From the NCBI GenBank assembly GCA_964016885.1, contig OZ024744.1, forward strand, positions 73,160,001-73,224,000: a stretch of 64,000 nucleotides of DNA, given 5' to 3'. Both the position numbers and the translations under genes were made by a program. A model generated the notes under the pieces. The model was given only the letters and a program-made list of their open reading frames with translations. It searched no databases and was not told the origin of the DNA. How positions within the stretch are numbered: the first letter of the stretch is position 1; every line of letters begins with the position of its first letter. Source of the stretch: Eledone cirrhosa (taxonomy: Eukaryota). This document shows positions 37,956 to 50,139 of this stretch, piece by piece.

Positions 37956-37968
37956 AGATTTATAATAT

Positions 37969-39382
37969 ACTAGCTGGCCCGTCCGGCTGGTGCCTGGCTA
38001 GGTATACAGCATTTTATCTTTTCAGGAATCCCCCCTACACTCCAGTGCAAAGATATCGCACGCCCTCTCAAGTCAGCGAGGAGGAGGGTGGGGGGTTAAC
38101 GTGCTCTGATGTTGGGTTTGAATAGTTTTTAGGATTCCCCAGTACATTAAAGAAACTTGATAATTACAACAATAAAGGCTGTCCAGAGAACACATTTTTT
38201 AACAAACAATAATTTGTACATGGAAATTCCAAGTAACAGAAAATATTTAATTACATTGTTAGAGCCTCAGAGTATACAATATTTTTTGTTCAGCCTTCCG
38301 GAGCAAAGATGAAGAGATTGTTTGGCGAGCTCACCCTAGAGCATCCTACATACAACTGACCATGGGAGAATCACTGATCTCTTAGCTCGTCTCGCGGAGA
38401 AGCTCTGTAGACGTTGACCTCTGGACACTCCTGTCAGGAGCAGGTAAGCTGTAGTGACTTAGAGGCCTACCACCAATCTCCAGGACACTGTTTTCAAGAC
38501 AAATGAGTGCCTCGCCTCACTGAAAACGACATCGTATGTTACGTTCGGATTGTGTCTGCGTGTGCGGTGGAGGATGTCCTCAGCTAGACTTTCACGGTGG
38601 TTGTTCCACATTGTGAGAGGGTTGGCGAGATCGCAGTTGTGCAGCATAATAGAAAAATGTTTTCGCAGCTGAGAAGGGACTTTAGCAGTTGCTGCTTCTT
38701 GCAGGGTGAGGTACCAATAACTGTCATCGTCTAACATACCACGTATCTGGCAAGCCAAACAGTACATGGAACATTGATGGCCATTGATGGTTCTCAGATC
38801 TTGGAAAAACTGTGGTCCTCTAACCTCGAACAGTAATAATGACAATAAGCTGTCTGTGCTTTCGGGAAATAAATAGATTTTTGTTTTTGTGCATGCAAAA
38901 ATATCTGTACACGAATATATATATATTAAAATAACAGATTCAAATTTAAGCAAAGAATCGCTGCTTTCACCCTTAACGGGATCTTCTGAAACTAAAAAAA
39001 TCAGTCTGTGAACGCAGAAATGAATATTTCGAAAAACGTTATCTAATGCAGAAAGCCATACATACAGAGACATATTATAAGGGCGCTACGTTATAGCTAT
39101 GTATCTATCTAAAAAGACATACTAAGAAAAAGAGGGGAATGTTGTGCGACGTCATAAGAAAAAGTGAGGAATGACGTATAACCGGAAGTGTTGACATTTG
39201 AAATTTTAAAGAAGTGAATATTTAAATAATGTCTTTAATCTTTTAACAAAATTCAGTAGACAAAAATACCCTCACTTTTTTACTTGGAAAAAGTTACATC
39301 TATGGTGCAAATTTGGTGCTGTTTGGTCCAGTCGTTTGGCAGAAAGTTTGTTACTTACATACGGCCGTCAGCTTTATATTAT
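37969..39382 (-). mobile_element. Internally deleted Helitron with RepHel fragments
   Basis: VRGPQFFQDLRTING...LACQIRGMLDDD...QLR...MWNNHRESLAED (Rep-helicase linker); FSHGQLYVGCSRV...TKNIVYSEAL at 38251-38370 (PIF1-like helicase C-terminus); GC-rich subterminal stretch then CTAG|T end. Confidence 0.88.
38943..38993 (-). ncRNA. Hammerhead-like fold with U4A core variant
   Basis: AGTTT-CAGAAGA-TCCCGTTAAGGGT-GAAA-GCAG...TTGC-TT-AAATT; homolog at 59473-59522. Confidence 0.6.
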
Positions 39383-39421
39383 ATATATATATATGTATAT
39401 ATACATATATACATATATGTA

Positions 39422-39497
<76 letters not shown>

Positions 39498-39574
39498 CAT
39501 ATATATATATATATACATATATATTTATATATATATATATACATAAATATATATATATATACATACATAAACAT

Positions 39575-39632
<58 letters not shown>

Positions 39633-39694
39633 TATAAATTATACATTAGTTAAAGGAGTGGCAGTGCCTATGGCCTTCGTAGGCCCACCCAGAT

Positions 39695-39729
<35 letters not shown>

Positions 39730-40156
39730 GGATGAGAGATTGATGTTATTGATGCTTAGTTTGAACATCTGTAGGTGTGTGTATGAAGGAAAAAAATATG
39801 GGTAAGGAGAGAATTCCAGATGGTTGACATAGTTTATGTATGAAGGAGAGGAGGAGCTGAAGTGTTTATTACAGAGTCTAGGAGGTGAGGGAGAGTAAGA
39901 TAGATGGGTGAGGAAGGGATTGGTGACATATCCAAAGACAGAGAAAAAAATATATAAGAAGACAGAATCGAGATGTTTGGTATTATGCAGTAAGACAGAA
40001 GACCACGCCTTCCCATGCACACGGGTTGAAGCATACATGCTAGTATGCACCACTTAACCCCTATCTTTCCTCCTATACACCTTGTATGACTTATCACTCC
40101 ACCCACTCATAACACCCCACCCTTCACCCACGCCTTTATACCACCCTTCCCCTGCT

Positions 40157-41292
40157 CCAGTCCACACTGTAAAGTGGTCATGTTGGTATCACAAAAAAAG
40201 CACCCAGTCCACACTGTAAAGTGGTCATGTTGGTATCACAAAAAAAGCACCCAGTCCACACTGTAAAGTGGTCATGTTGGTATCACAAAAAAAGCACCCA
40301 GTCCACACTGTAAAGTGGTCATATTGGTATCTCAAAAAAAGCACCCAGTCCACACTGTAAAGTGGTCATATTGGTATCTCAAAAAAAGCACCCAGTCCAC
40401 ACTGTAAAGTGGTCATATTGGTATCTCAAAAAAAGCACCCAGTCCACACTGTAAAGTGGTCATATTGGTATCTCAAAAAAAAAAACACCCAGTACACACT
40501 GTAAAGTGGTCATATTGGTATCTCAAAAAAAGCACCCAATCCACACTGTAAAGTGGTCGTGTAGGTGTCATGACAAAAAGCACCCAATCTACACTGTAAA
40601 GTGGTCGTGTAGGTGTCATGACAAAAAGCACCCAATCTACACTGTAAAGTGGTCATATTGGTATCTCAAAAAAAGCACCCAGTCCACACTGTAAAGTGGT
40701 CGTGTAGGTGTCATGACAAAAAGCACACAATCCACCCTGTAAAGTGGTCATGAAGGTGCCATGACAAAAAACATCCAGTCCACACTGTAAAGTGGCCATA
40801 TAGGTGTCATGGCAAAAAGTGCCATCTATGAAGTGGTCGTTTTGGTGCCATGGCAAAAATCGCCCAGTCCACACTGTCAAGTGATTGTGGAGGTATCATG
40901 ACAAAAAGTGCAAAGTCCACACTGTAATGTGGTTGTGTTGGTATCACAAAAAAAGCACCCAGCCCACACTGTGAAGTGGTCGTGTAGGTATAATGAAAAA
41001 AAGCACCCAGCCCACACTGTGAAGCGGTTATGTTTGTATCACGAAAAAAGCACCCTGCTCACACTGTAATGTGGTTGTGCTGGTATGACGAAAAAAGCAT
41101 ACCCTTCCTAACGCCAACCACATTTGTAAATGTGGTTGGCATTAGGAAGGGCATCCAGCCATAGAAACCAAGCCAGAAACAGTTCAGTGTGAGCAAGACT
41201 CAGTCACCTGACCTGCCTTGCCTTAAACGGGACAACCTGTCTAGTCTATGCTAGTGTGGAAAATAGACTGTAAATGATGATGATGATGATGA
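40157..41292 (+). repeat. 47-bp minisatellite (~20 units) running into an RTE 3' tail
   Basis: CACCCAGTCCACACTGTAAAGTGGTCATGTTGGTATCACAAAAAAAG, period 47 (40201 to 40248); ends in GGTTGGCATTAGGAAGGGCATCC...(GAT)n. Confidence 0.92.
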
Positions 41293-41526
41293 AAACAGCA
41301 TGTTTGTGAGGCAGTGGTTTGCTGATTAAACCATCGCTGTAGAGTTGAACTGTCTTTTGTGTATGGTGTCTGATGTTACTCTCTGTAGCAGCAGCAGCAA
41401 AATCCCTCAGATGTGTGCAGAACTTTCGTATGGCTCCTGAGCTAGATTTCTTAAAGTTTTCACAACTGATCATGGATTAAGCCTTTACAATGCAGTTTTT
41501 GACGATATTATATTAGTTAGCCGTGC

Positions 41527-41900
41527 ACGGTGGATTGGCAGTATAGGTAGAGAGTCGGACGTCATGCTTTCCAGCATAGTTACGTCCCTTTACGATCTGA
41601 GTTCAAATCCCGCCGAGGTTGACTTTGCCTTTCATCCTTACGGGGTCGATAAAATAAAGTACCAGTAATGCACTGGGATAATTGCTGGCCTTGTGCCTAA
41701 AGTAGAAACAATTATATTAGTTAGCCGTAAAATTACGACCCTTTGCGTTCTGAGTTCAAATCCTGCCAAGGTTAACTTTGCCTTTCATCCTTATGGGCTG
41801 GATAAAATAAAGTACCAGTAATGCACTAGGGTCGATTTTATTGATTTCCCCCCTCCCTCTCCCAAAATTGCTGACTTTGTGCCTAAAGTGGAAACAATTG
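41527..41900 (+). mobile_element. Family A SINE pair; first copy has a TSD
   Basis: TATTAGTTAGCCGT on both sides of 41527-41712; truncated second copy 41733-41900. Confidence 0.88.
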
Positions 41901-42508
41901 TATAGGTTGGCTGAAACGCTCATAGGCTGACCAAGATACTCTCATGGAATGACCAAATGAGGTTTATTTTTTAACATAGTACTTGGAAAGAAACAATGAA
42001 GTTATTAATAAGAAGAGTTGAAATTAAGGCATGCAATATTTCACAATGTTAGCACCACTAATTCATAGTCAGCCTATGAACTGTTCCACCCACCCTCATA
42101 TATATATATCGGGAAGCAATGAGAATATCAGAAATTGCAAGAGTAGTGTAAATAGAATAAGGAAATGGCCCCTGCAAAGAATGTGATTCGTGCCTAGCGA
42201 TTTCATAGTGTGTGTGTGTGCGTGTTTATGCGTATGTGTGGGAATGTGTGTGTATGTGTGAATGTGTGTGTGCGCACATGTGCATGTGAGTGTGGGGATC
42301 TGATAATGAATTTTTATAGTTTATTTCTAAATTTCTTTTACCTAATCCTAATTCTCCAGTTATGATAGAGGCAGTCTTTACATTTACACCACTAAATCCT
42401 TATATTTTCATAATTTCTCAGCCTATTTTCATACTTCTAAATTATTATGTGTTGACAGTTTTTGGACAAATAAATTTACATGTTGATAAAAAAAAATCTT
42501 TGCATAAC

Positions 42509-42737
42509 TTAACCAATTAGCATTTAAACAAGCCATATCCGGCCAAAATTCTCTCACCTCTTTCTCTTCAAACTGGCTTTAACCAGCCACTCATACTGAT
42601 GTTAAGGTATTGTTCCTAAAATAAATAATATCAAAATATCATAGATTTGATATTATTTGAGATAATTAAGTGAGGTAAAGCCTTTAACATGAAAATATAA
42701 TAGTAAATATAGAGTAATGTAAATGGTAAATGGTTAA
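42509..42737. mobile_element. TTAA-MITE (CCA-ended variant)
   Basis: TTAA-CCAATTAGCATTTA...TAAATGGTAAATGG-TTAA; internal sequence matches the other copies. Confidence 0.75.
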
Positions 42738-43577
42738 TGTTTAAGAACAACGCCTGGATTATTTTGCATAACTTATACATGTATATCTTAGATGCAGACT
42801 TAATACAGACAGATCCCAGAATATTAGTTACATCAGTGTGAGTGTGTATCCATGAAACATATACATATACATTAGGTCCAAACACAAAGGAACCAAACTC
42901 CCACTGTCACTGTCTCCATCTCTCCCGTTCTTCACATCTCTAACTATTATGTACAAATGAAGGCCCACATGCTTGCTACCCCATGGCCGAGTCAGGCAGA
43001 ATAGAGAAGGTAGTTTCCTCAGAGGGATGGTGAGAGAGCTGCGCTGGAAAAGCAGCCATTCATAGCTTGCGAGGCTCACACCTGTGGGTATGTTATAATG
43101 GGGTGTTACACTTGTTAGCATATCTGTACAAATGAAGGTATAACCATAGTATTCACCGGACATAATTTCGAACTACCAATGAGATCACTACAATGAGACT
43201 CCGTATACACAGTCTACTGACAATTTACTTCAGTTATTATTTATACACATTTTGCCTAGTCCACTTTTAGTTATGTGAGTGTGTTCAGGGTTTTCCCCTA
43301 CAACAAATGAGAGATTTTGATAACTATATATCATGCATTGCCTGCCATTATTTGGGTAGGGCTTGCAAATTGTCCAATGAACTTAACTAATTGCTTCACT
43401 ATACTTGGATGTATATTTCGGTACAGTCTCAGAAAATATGACCAGTTGTTTTAGTTATTCTTATAAATGTTATATAATAGATTAGAAGAGTTCTTGATGA
43501 AATATCTTTCAGTTCTATTTTATGTTTTGTAATTCAAATAATCACTAAGATTGACCTCTGCTTTCATCCTTTCATCT

Positions 43578-43790
43578 GTGAAGGCACATGGCTTAGTGGT
43601 TAAAGAATTAGATTCACAATTATGAGGTTGCATGTTTGATTCCTGGACTGGGTGGAGCATTATGTTCTTGAGCAAGACACTTTATTTCATGTTGCCCTTT
43701 CTGCCAGGAGTTGTGGCTGTTAGATAGTATCATCAATGGATAAAGCATTGGAAACATTGTTTCCTTGGTCCAGTTTGATGAGCTCCACCA
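43578..43790 (+). mobile_element. tRNA/CORE-like SINE
   Basis: TGGCTTAGTGG A box, GTTTGATTC B box, CTTGAGCAAGACACTT; similar to 25440 and 50555. Confidence 0.75.
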
Positions 43791-44159
43791 CACTCGGTAA
43801 GAGACTGAGGTCTGAGATCTTGTCAATAGATTCCTTCTATTTTTTGTTTTCATCCTAAATAAGTAACAGACATGTCTAGCTGCCACTGTATTAACAAACA
43901 CAGCTCCATGTCCTTTGGCTATATGCAGAGTTGGTCTTGGTAGTTCTACTTTATTGACAGTACTCAATGTAATATGTATACATTACCTGTTATTGCTATT
44001 CATCTTTAATTATCAAGTTTCTTTTTTCTAAATTTTTTTCCTATATCAACATGTGAGTTCCTTGCATTTCATTCGGACCATCTTTATTGTATTGTATTGT
44101 TACAAACTGAAAAAATCTCATTCGAATACACACACACACACAGAAACACACAGAAACAG

Positions 44160-44237
<78 letters not shown>

Positions 44238-44559
44238 ACACACACACACACACTCACATACACACTCAAACACACATATAGTATAGGTATAAAATGCACA
44301 CATATGTATGTATATATGTATGTATGTTCTTCTGGTTTTATAATTTCACAAAGTTTTACCAATAGAGAGTCGGTTTCTGACATAGACACAAGATTCTCTC
44401 ATTGGAATTTACACAACATCAACTAGGTAGATATGTATGTATGTCTGCATGCATGTGTAGATATGGATGTTATTGTATGTGTGGATGTGTATGTCTTGAG
44501 TTGTATGTGTGCATGTGTATATGCTTTGTATCTGTACATGTGTATATGCAGTTATTAGA

Positions 44560-47500
44560 TGCAAAATTTTTGGAATGTTTTACATATTTTTACTGTTCCA
44601 TTAATGGATTGTACTTGTAATTTCCTAACTAGTTGTGTTCTTTCTGTTCCTGTGAAGCCTAGCTTCTCAAGATTTGTATTGAGGCAGTTACTAACTTATC
44701 CCAGTGCCCCAATAATCACAGGCATAAATCTGAAGGTGTAATCAGGGTGGAGTATCTGCAGATTTCTCATCAGTTCTGCATAAATATTCTCCTTTTCACT
44801 AATCTTTGATATTATATTGGCATCTGCTGGGCAGCTAATTTCCACTACTCTGCATGTTTTCTTCTCCCTGTCCCATATCATAATATCTGGTCTGTTATGC
44901 CTGCATTTTATTGGGGTTTTTACTGGAACATTCCACCAGTACTCTTTCATATTATGTACATAGATGTCTTCCACATTGTTGTAGCTTTTAATGTGTTTAT
45001 CATCGGGGCTATCTTTTTTACGAACTGCATTGTACAGTGTTTTGACCACTACATCATGCCTCATAGGTAGATAGTACCGCGATGACATCTTTGGGCAGCT
45101 GCTGATGACATTGGTGATATCCTCGATGTTAGTTCTGCAGAGTCTGCACTTGTTATCACATCTAAGTGTTTTGCCTGCATCCCTATCTCTTTTGTGAATC
45201 AGGTATTTCGTGCTAATCTCCTGTTCTTGGATTGCAAAAGCGTATCCTTCAAAGTGGGAGCTGATATAGCAGTTGTTGGTCCAAGATAAACTACTTTCCT
45301 TATCTATATTACTCTCACTCTGGAGCTTCCTGGCAACATATCCATGCATGATTTTTTGCTGATAGGCATGCAGTTTTTCATCCATGGATTCACTGCGATA
45401 CTGCTGAGCGACATCCCTGGGTGTGAGTTTTTGATTATCACACAGGGAATATCTTTCAAGGAGTTCCTTCCCAACTCTCATGATCTTATCTGTTTCATGC
45501 AGATAGACTTGCTCGAGAAGTGGGCTCCTACGCTTCGAGGTTCGTAGATGTTGTCGGAGAGATATGATGCGACATTCAAATGTTGTCTGGACTGATGTTA
45601 GGCCTCTGCCTCCATGCCTACGTTTCAAGTAAAGGCGGTCTATGTCACTGTTGATGTGGAAGTTTCCGGTGTTGTTCAGTATTTTTCGAGTTCCAACATC
45701 AACTGCTCGGATTTCGTCTATCGTCCAATTGAGTATTCCAAATGTTGGTGTTAGGACAGGCACAGCAAACACATTGTGAGCCACTGTTTTGTTTTGCGCA
45801 GAGAGTTCCGATGACCAGATCTTTCTTAATCGGGTGTAGTATTCCCTGGTTACGCGTTCTTTATTACAGATACCATTATAGGATATGTTCTCATCTATCC
45901 CCAGGTATCTGTAGCAGTCCTCATCAGATATCGGTGAAACAGTTAGACCATTGATGACAATGTTGCTAGATTGGGTTGTTGTTTTTCCCTGCTTTACAGT
46001 CATATATGAGCATTTATCTTGGCCAAACTCCATTCCTATATCCTTTGAGAATATTGTAACCAGGTCAAGATTTTTCTTCATCCTATCCATGTTCTTGACA
46101 TAGAGTTTCAGATCGTCCACAAAGAAGTTATGGGTTAGGTTCGTATTTCTGTCCTCCTGTGAGCCAATGATGTATCCCTCACATTTCTTGAGCAGAAAGG
46201 ACAAGGGGTTTAATGACAAGATGAACAATATCACAGAGAGACTGCCCCCTTGAAATATACCCCTGCAATATGTTATTTTATCAGTGAAAATAGAGTCCTC
46301 CCTCTCTGTCTTTAACCTTAGGATAGTAGCCCAAGAAGATGACAGCCTCTCTATGGCTCTGACAATAATGTCTGGGACTTTAACAAGTCGGAGGGCCTCT
46401 ATCATCCAAGAGTGGGGAACAGAATTGAAAGCTTTTTTGTAGTCCAGCCAGACTGTAGTCATATTCCTCCTAAGTTGTCGCACTTCCGACATCGCAGTTT
46501 TGTTGATTAGGAGTTGTTCAGCACATCCCCAAACCCTTTTCTTTTCAGCTGCTTGTTCATCTGTGATGATGTTATTATTTTCACAGTGATCTTGGAGGAA
46601 TTGGTTGAGACAGGCTGTATACATCTTATACATTAGATTCTGGCATGCAATGGGTTGGTAGTTTTTTGCCAAGTGGGTGTCTTTGTTCTTGGGGACCAGT
46701 AACGTTTGTACTAATGTCAACCATTCTGGTATAAGTGTATCTCCCTTAAGAACTTGTTGGTAGAGGTCAGTAAGATACCTCCGATAGAATATTAGTTTTC
46801 TGTACCAGTAGCCGACAATCATGTCTCTTCCTGGTGTTTTCTTATCTTGGAGTTTTCCTATCACAGTCTCAAGGGTACCCTCACTTATTTCGTATGTTTT
46901 TGTTGTAGTGTAGGAGCAATAGTTCTTTCGGATTTCTCTTAGCCACACTGCATCTTGGTTGAAATTCTTCTTTTCACCCCATATTTTTCTCCAAAAGGAA
47001 TCTATGTCTTTCTGGGATGGGGCCTCAGTGACACTTATTATTTTGCCCTTCATATCTCTATAGACTGATGTTTGGTTTCGTCTGAATCTTTTATTAAGCA
47101 TTTTTCTCTCATCTACCTTCTTCAGGTATCGGCGTTTTTCGCTAACAGCTCTCAATTCTTGTTTGAGGGTGATCAGCTTATATTGGAGAGTTCTGGTTCT
47201 ACTGTTACCAAACATCGTTTCTATTTTATTTTTCACTCTTTGTTGGTGAGGAGTGAGGTTTTTGTGTCTGTTTGCATGTAAGGAGCATTATCACATGTCC
47301 TATGTTTTTTCGTAGGTCAGCACTCTTTTTTTCTATTTTAGTTATATATGATGGTATTTTTGGTGGTGTTTTGTTCTTGTTAATATCTCTGCTATCACCA
47401 AGATAATGCTTCACTGTCATTGCTAAGGCATATAAACAGGCGTTGATTTGCCAAAATGTTGGGGTTTTTATCCGTCGTAAATATTCATCCCCTATTTCGT

Positions 47501-47620
47501 CAATAACACATAGTATTTCATTATTTGGTTTTTTATTCACCATTGTCATTTTAGCACGTTCAGCCAGAGAGATATTTATACATGAGTTAATTTCTCTCTG
47601 GAAGATTTCGTTGAGGGAAA

Positions 47621-47621
<1 letters not shown>
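44560..47621 (-). mobile_element. R4/Dong-clade site-specific non-LTR retrotransposon
   Basis: RT + zinc finger + restriction-like endonuclease; 5' end abuts (TATG)n at 47622-47713. Confidence 0.9.
44696..47236 (-). CDS. RT-RLE polyprotein, 846-aa open segment (upstream piece 47226-47549 is frameshifted; premature stop near C-terminus)
   Basis: DYKKAFNSVPHSW, GIFQGGSLS, FFVDDLKLY, YRYLGI, RLYLKRRHGGRGL, CRLC...SSC, RHD, NRPDIMIWD, VEISCP, KENIY. Confidence 0.85.
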   Translation of the reverse strand: MKNKIETMFGNSRTRTLQYKLITLKQELRAVSEKRRYLKKVDERKMLNKRFRRNQTSVYRDMKGKIISVTEAPSQKDIDSFWRKIWGEKKNFNQDAVWLREIRKNYCSYTTTKTYEISEGTLETVIGKLQDKKTPGRDMIVGYWYRKLIFYRRYLTDLYQQVLKGDTLIPEWLTLVQTLLVPKNKDTHLAKNYQPIACQNLMYKMYTACLNQFLQDHCENNNIITDEQAAEKKRVWGCAEQLLINKTAMSEVRQLRRNMTTVWLDYKKAFNSVPHSWMIEALRLVKVPDIIVRAIERLSSSWATILRLKTEREDSIFTDKITYCRGIFQGGSLSVILFILSLNPLSFLLKKCEGYIIGSQEDRNTNLTHNFFVDDLKLYVKNMDRMKKNLDLVTIFSKDIGMEFGQDKCSYMTVKQGKTTTQSSNIVINGLTVSPISDEDCYRYLGIDENISYNGICNKERVTREYYTRLRKIWSSELSAQNKTVAHNVFAVPVLTPTFGILNWTIDEIRAVDVGTRKILNNTGNFHINSDIDRLYLKRRHGGRGLTSVQTTFECRIISLRQHLRTSKRRSPLLEQVYLHETDKIMRVGKELLERYSLCDNQKLTPRDVAQQYRSESMDEKLHAYQQKIMHGYVARKLQSESNIDKESSLSWTNNCYISSHFEGYAFAIQEQEISTKYLIHKRDRDAGKTLRCDNKCRLCRTNIEDITNVISSCPKMSSRYYLPMRHDVVVKTLYNAVRKKDSPDDKHIKSYNNVEDIYVHNMKEYWWNVPVKTPIKCRHNRPDIMIWDREKKTCRVVEISCPADANIISKISEKENIYAELMRNLQILHPDYTFRFMPVIIGALG

Positions 47622-47651
<30 letters not shown>

Positions 47652-47713
47652 TGTATGTATGTATGTATGTATGTATGTATGTATGTATGTATGTATGTAT
47701 GTATGTATGTATG

Positions 47714-48856
47714 TTAAACCACTGGGAGTGAAGGACCCCTAGCCTTTGTCAGGGCATTCTTCTAGGAGAAGGCAACTCAGGAAACTGGGTTAACTCCGAT
47801 CTAAAACCTGCGGCTCAGTAGTTACCGTTGATGTTGATCTTTTCTTCTTTTCGGGTTATAGCTACTGTCGCTCAGAGAGTGGGATTGGCTCAGTGCACAG
47901 TCTTTCCTCACTTTAAAAAATATCTTCACGCACAGGCATTGCACGATAGAATTAATTAATAATTATTAATAATGTTATATCGTGCAATGGCCATACTCCA
48001 TAACGAGGGGACAGCCATCAATTATGTATGTATGCATGTATGCATGTATCTATGTATGCATGTATGTATGTTCTTCTGGTTTTATAATTTAACAAATTTT
48101 CGTCAATAGAGAGAGAGAGTCGGATTCTAACATAGACACAAGACTCTCTCATTGGAATTTACACAACATCAACTAGGTAGATATGCATGCATGTGTAGAT
48201 ATGGATGTTATTGTATGTGTGGATGTGGATGTTTTGAGTTGTATCTGTACAAGTGTATTTGCATATGTATGTATGTATGAATGAATGTATGTATGTATGT
48301 ATTTCTGTATGTATGTATGTGTGTATGTATGAATGTATGTATGCATGTATGTATTTCTGCATGTATGTATGTATGTATGTATGTATGTATGTATGTATGT
48401 ATGTATGTATGTATGTATGTATGTATGTATGTATGTATGTATGTATGAGAGAGATGACCCCTTAGCCTTTGTCAAGGCAGAATTCTAGGAGAAGGAAACC
48501 TCTTATATAACACATGCAACCCTGATGGTAGCCAATGATGTTGACTTGTTCTTCTTTTTGGTAAGTATCATCTTGGTTAAGAGAGTGGGACTGGCTTTGT
48601 GCAGTGCCTTTGCTCACTATAAAAGCTTCACGGCACAGGCATTGCTTTATATCTGGAGATCTCTCTGCACTTGTCGTCACATGATACCATGGGCCCAGCA
48701 CTATGTGTCAATAATTGTCACAAGTGTAGTGTTTGTACCAGAGTTTTCAAGTCGCTGGCTGGACTAAAAAGTCACACTTGTTCAGCGCATCGGTAGGGGT
48801 TCTCCTACATGGATATAAAGTAGTGGCCGTACTCGAAAACGAGTTGGCAGCCACCA
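47714..48856. mobile_element. Short non-coding repeats each bounded by (TATG)n (47714-48022, 48446-48856)
   Basis: Share GACCCCT(T)AGCCTTTGTCA.GGCA...TTCTAGGAGAAGG with 9009-9050. Confidence 0.7.
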
Positions 48857-48930
48857 TGTATGTATGTATGTATGTATGTATGTATGTATGTATGTATGTA
48901 TGTATGTATGTATGTATGTATGTATGTATG

Positions 48931-49975
48931 TTATCTCTTTCTCTTAATTTCGAGTATATTTTTTTGACTGGCCACCTTTCTGGTGGCAAGGTTGTAAAAG
49001 AAAAGAAATTGTCATCCCTTGAATCGCAAGAATGTTTTGCAAATTTTGAAGGTGCCAGCTATCGCAGCCATTTGTAGACTATGTATTAGGGAGCTGCGCT
49101 TTTTGTCCGCAAATCCAAGTTCAGTCATACTTTGCTCCAAGCGGGTTGGTATATAGCCCGTAGCTCTAATAATGATGGGTATGAAGCTAGGATACTGGAT
49201 TTGTAAACTCCTCATCAATGGTCCGTAGATGTCCTCCTTCTCCTGTATTTTTCTGACAACGTTTATATCAAGTGGGCAGCTGATCTCCACAACAGAACAC
49301 GTTTTCAATGTGTAGTCCCAAACAACAATATCAGGCCGGTTGTGCTTTAATTTGGTGGCAGTTTTTATTTTCAGGTTCCACCAGTATTCCTTAGTGCCAT
49401 CTGTCTCAATATATTCTTCCTCGTTTGTTGTTAATTTTGTTTTCCGAAGTGTGTTCCAGATGGTTCTAGCTATCCCATCGTGTCTTATGGGGAGGTAGTA
49501 GTGAGATGACATTCTTTCGCAGCTGGCAACAATGTGGCTTACATCCTCGATCTTTGTTTTACATAGCCTACATTTATTGTCAGCTGATAGCCCTCCCCTT
49601 TTGTGCAGCAGATATTTGGTAGGGAGTTCTTGTTGCTGTATTGCATAGAGATATCCCTCAAGGTGTGATGTCATAAACTTGTCGGAACTCCATGCCAGGC
49701 TTTTTGGGTGGTTTATCCCCTCTATGGTCTGTATTTTACGTCTCAAGTATCCATGCACAACTTTTTCTGTAAATTGGTCAATTTTTTCATCTTGTTTGAA
49801 CATTGAATAGGATCTTCCGATTTCTCTGGGTGAGAGATTTATATCAGGCTTTATTCCATATCTCTCCTCCAGATCAGTGGCTATTCTAATGATATATTTT
49901 TTTTCATGTTCATAAACCTGGGCAAGATGGTTGCCAACCTTTTTCCTCTGTTGAAGATGTTGCTTCAGTGTTACT
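48931..49975 (-). mobile_element. 5'-truncated R4/Dong-clade retrotransposon (second family)
   Basis: EGYLYAIQQQ, CRLCKTKIEDVSHIVASC, RHD, NRPDIVVWD, VEISCP, KEDIY; (TATG)n on both sides. Confidence 0.9.
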
Positions 49976-49986
49976 ATGTATGTATG

Positions 49987-50018
<32 letters not shown>

Positions 50019-50103
50019 AGGCAAACAAAAATAACAAAGCAAACGACACAGTACAATGAAGAAATATATTATAAGCTTTACACTTTATATAGTAGGAAAA
50101 GTG

Positions 50104-50139
50104 TTTTAACGTTTCGAACGATAGTCCTTCGTCAGAAAA
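50104..50139 (-). ncRNA. Very short type I hammerhead
   Basis: TTTT-CTGACGA-A-GGAC-TATC-GTTC-GAAA-CG-TT-AAAA; decayed relatives at ~26857 (+) and ~32315 (-). Confidence 0.62.

Noticed and set aside
43800-44010. Possible host exon(s): minus-strand ORF 43620-43967 and a CAG|GTAA donor-like site at ~43987
   Set aside because: No recognisable domain, the ORF runs into a SINE and there is no supporting exon chain; needs RNA-seq
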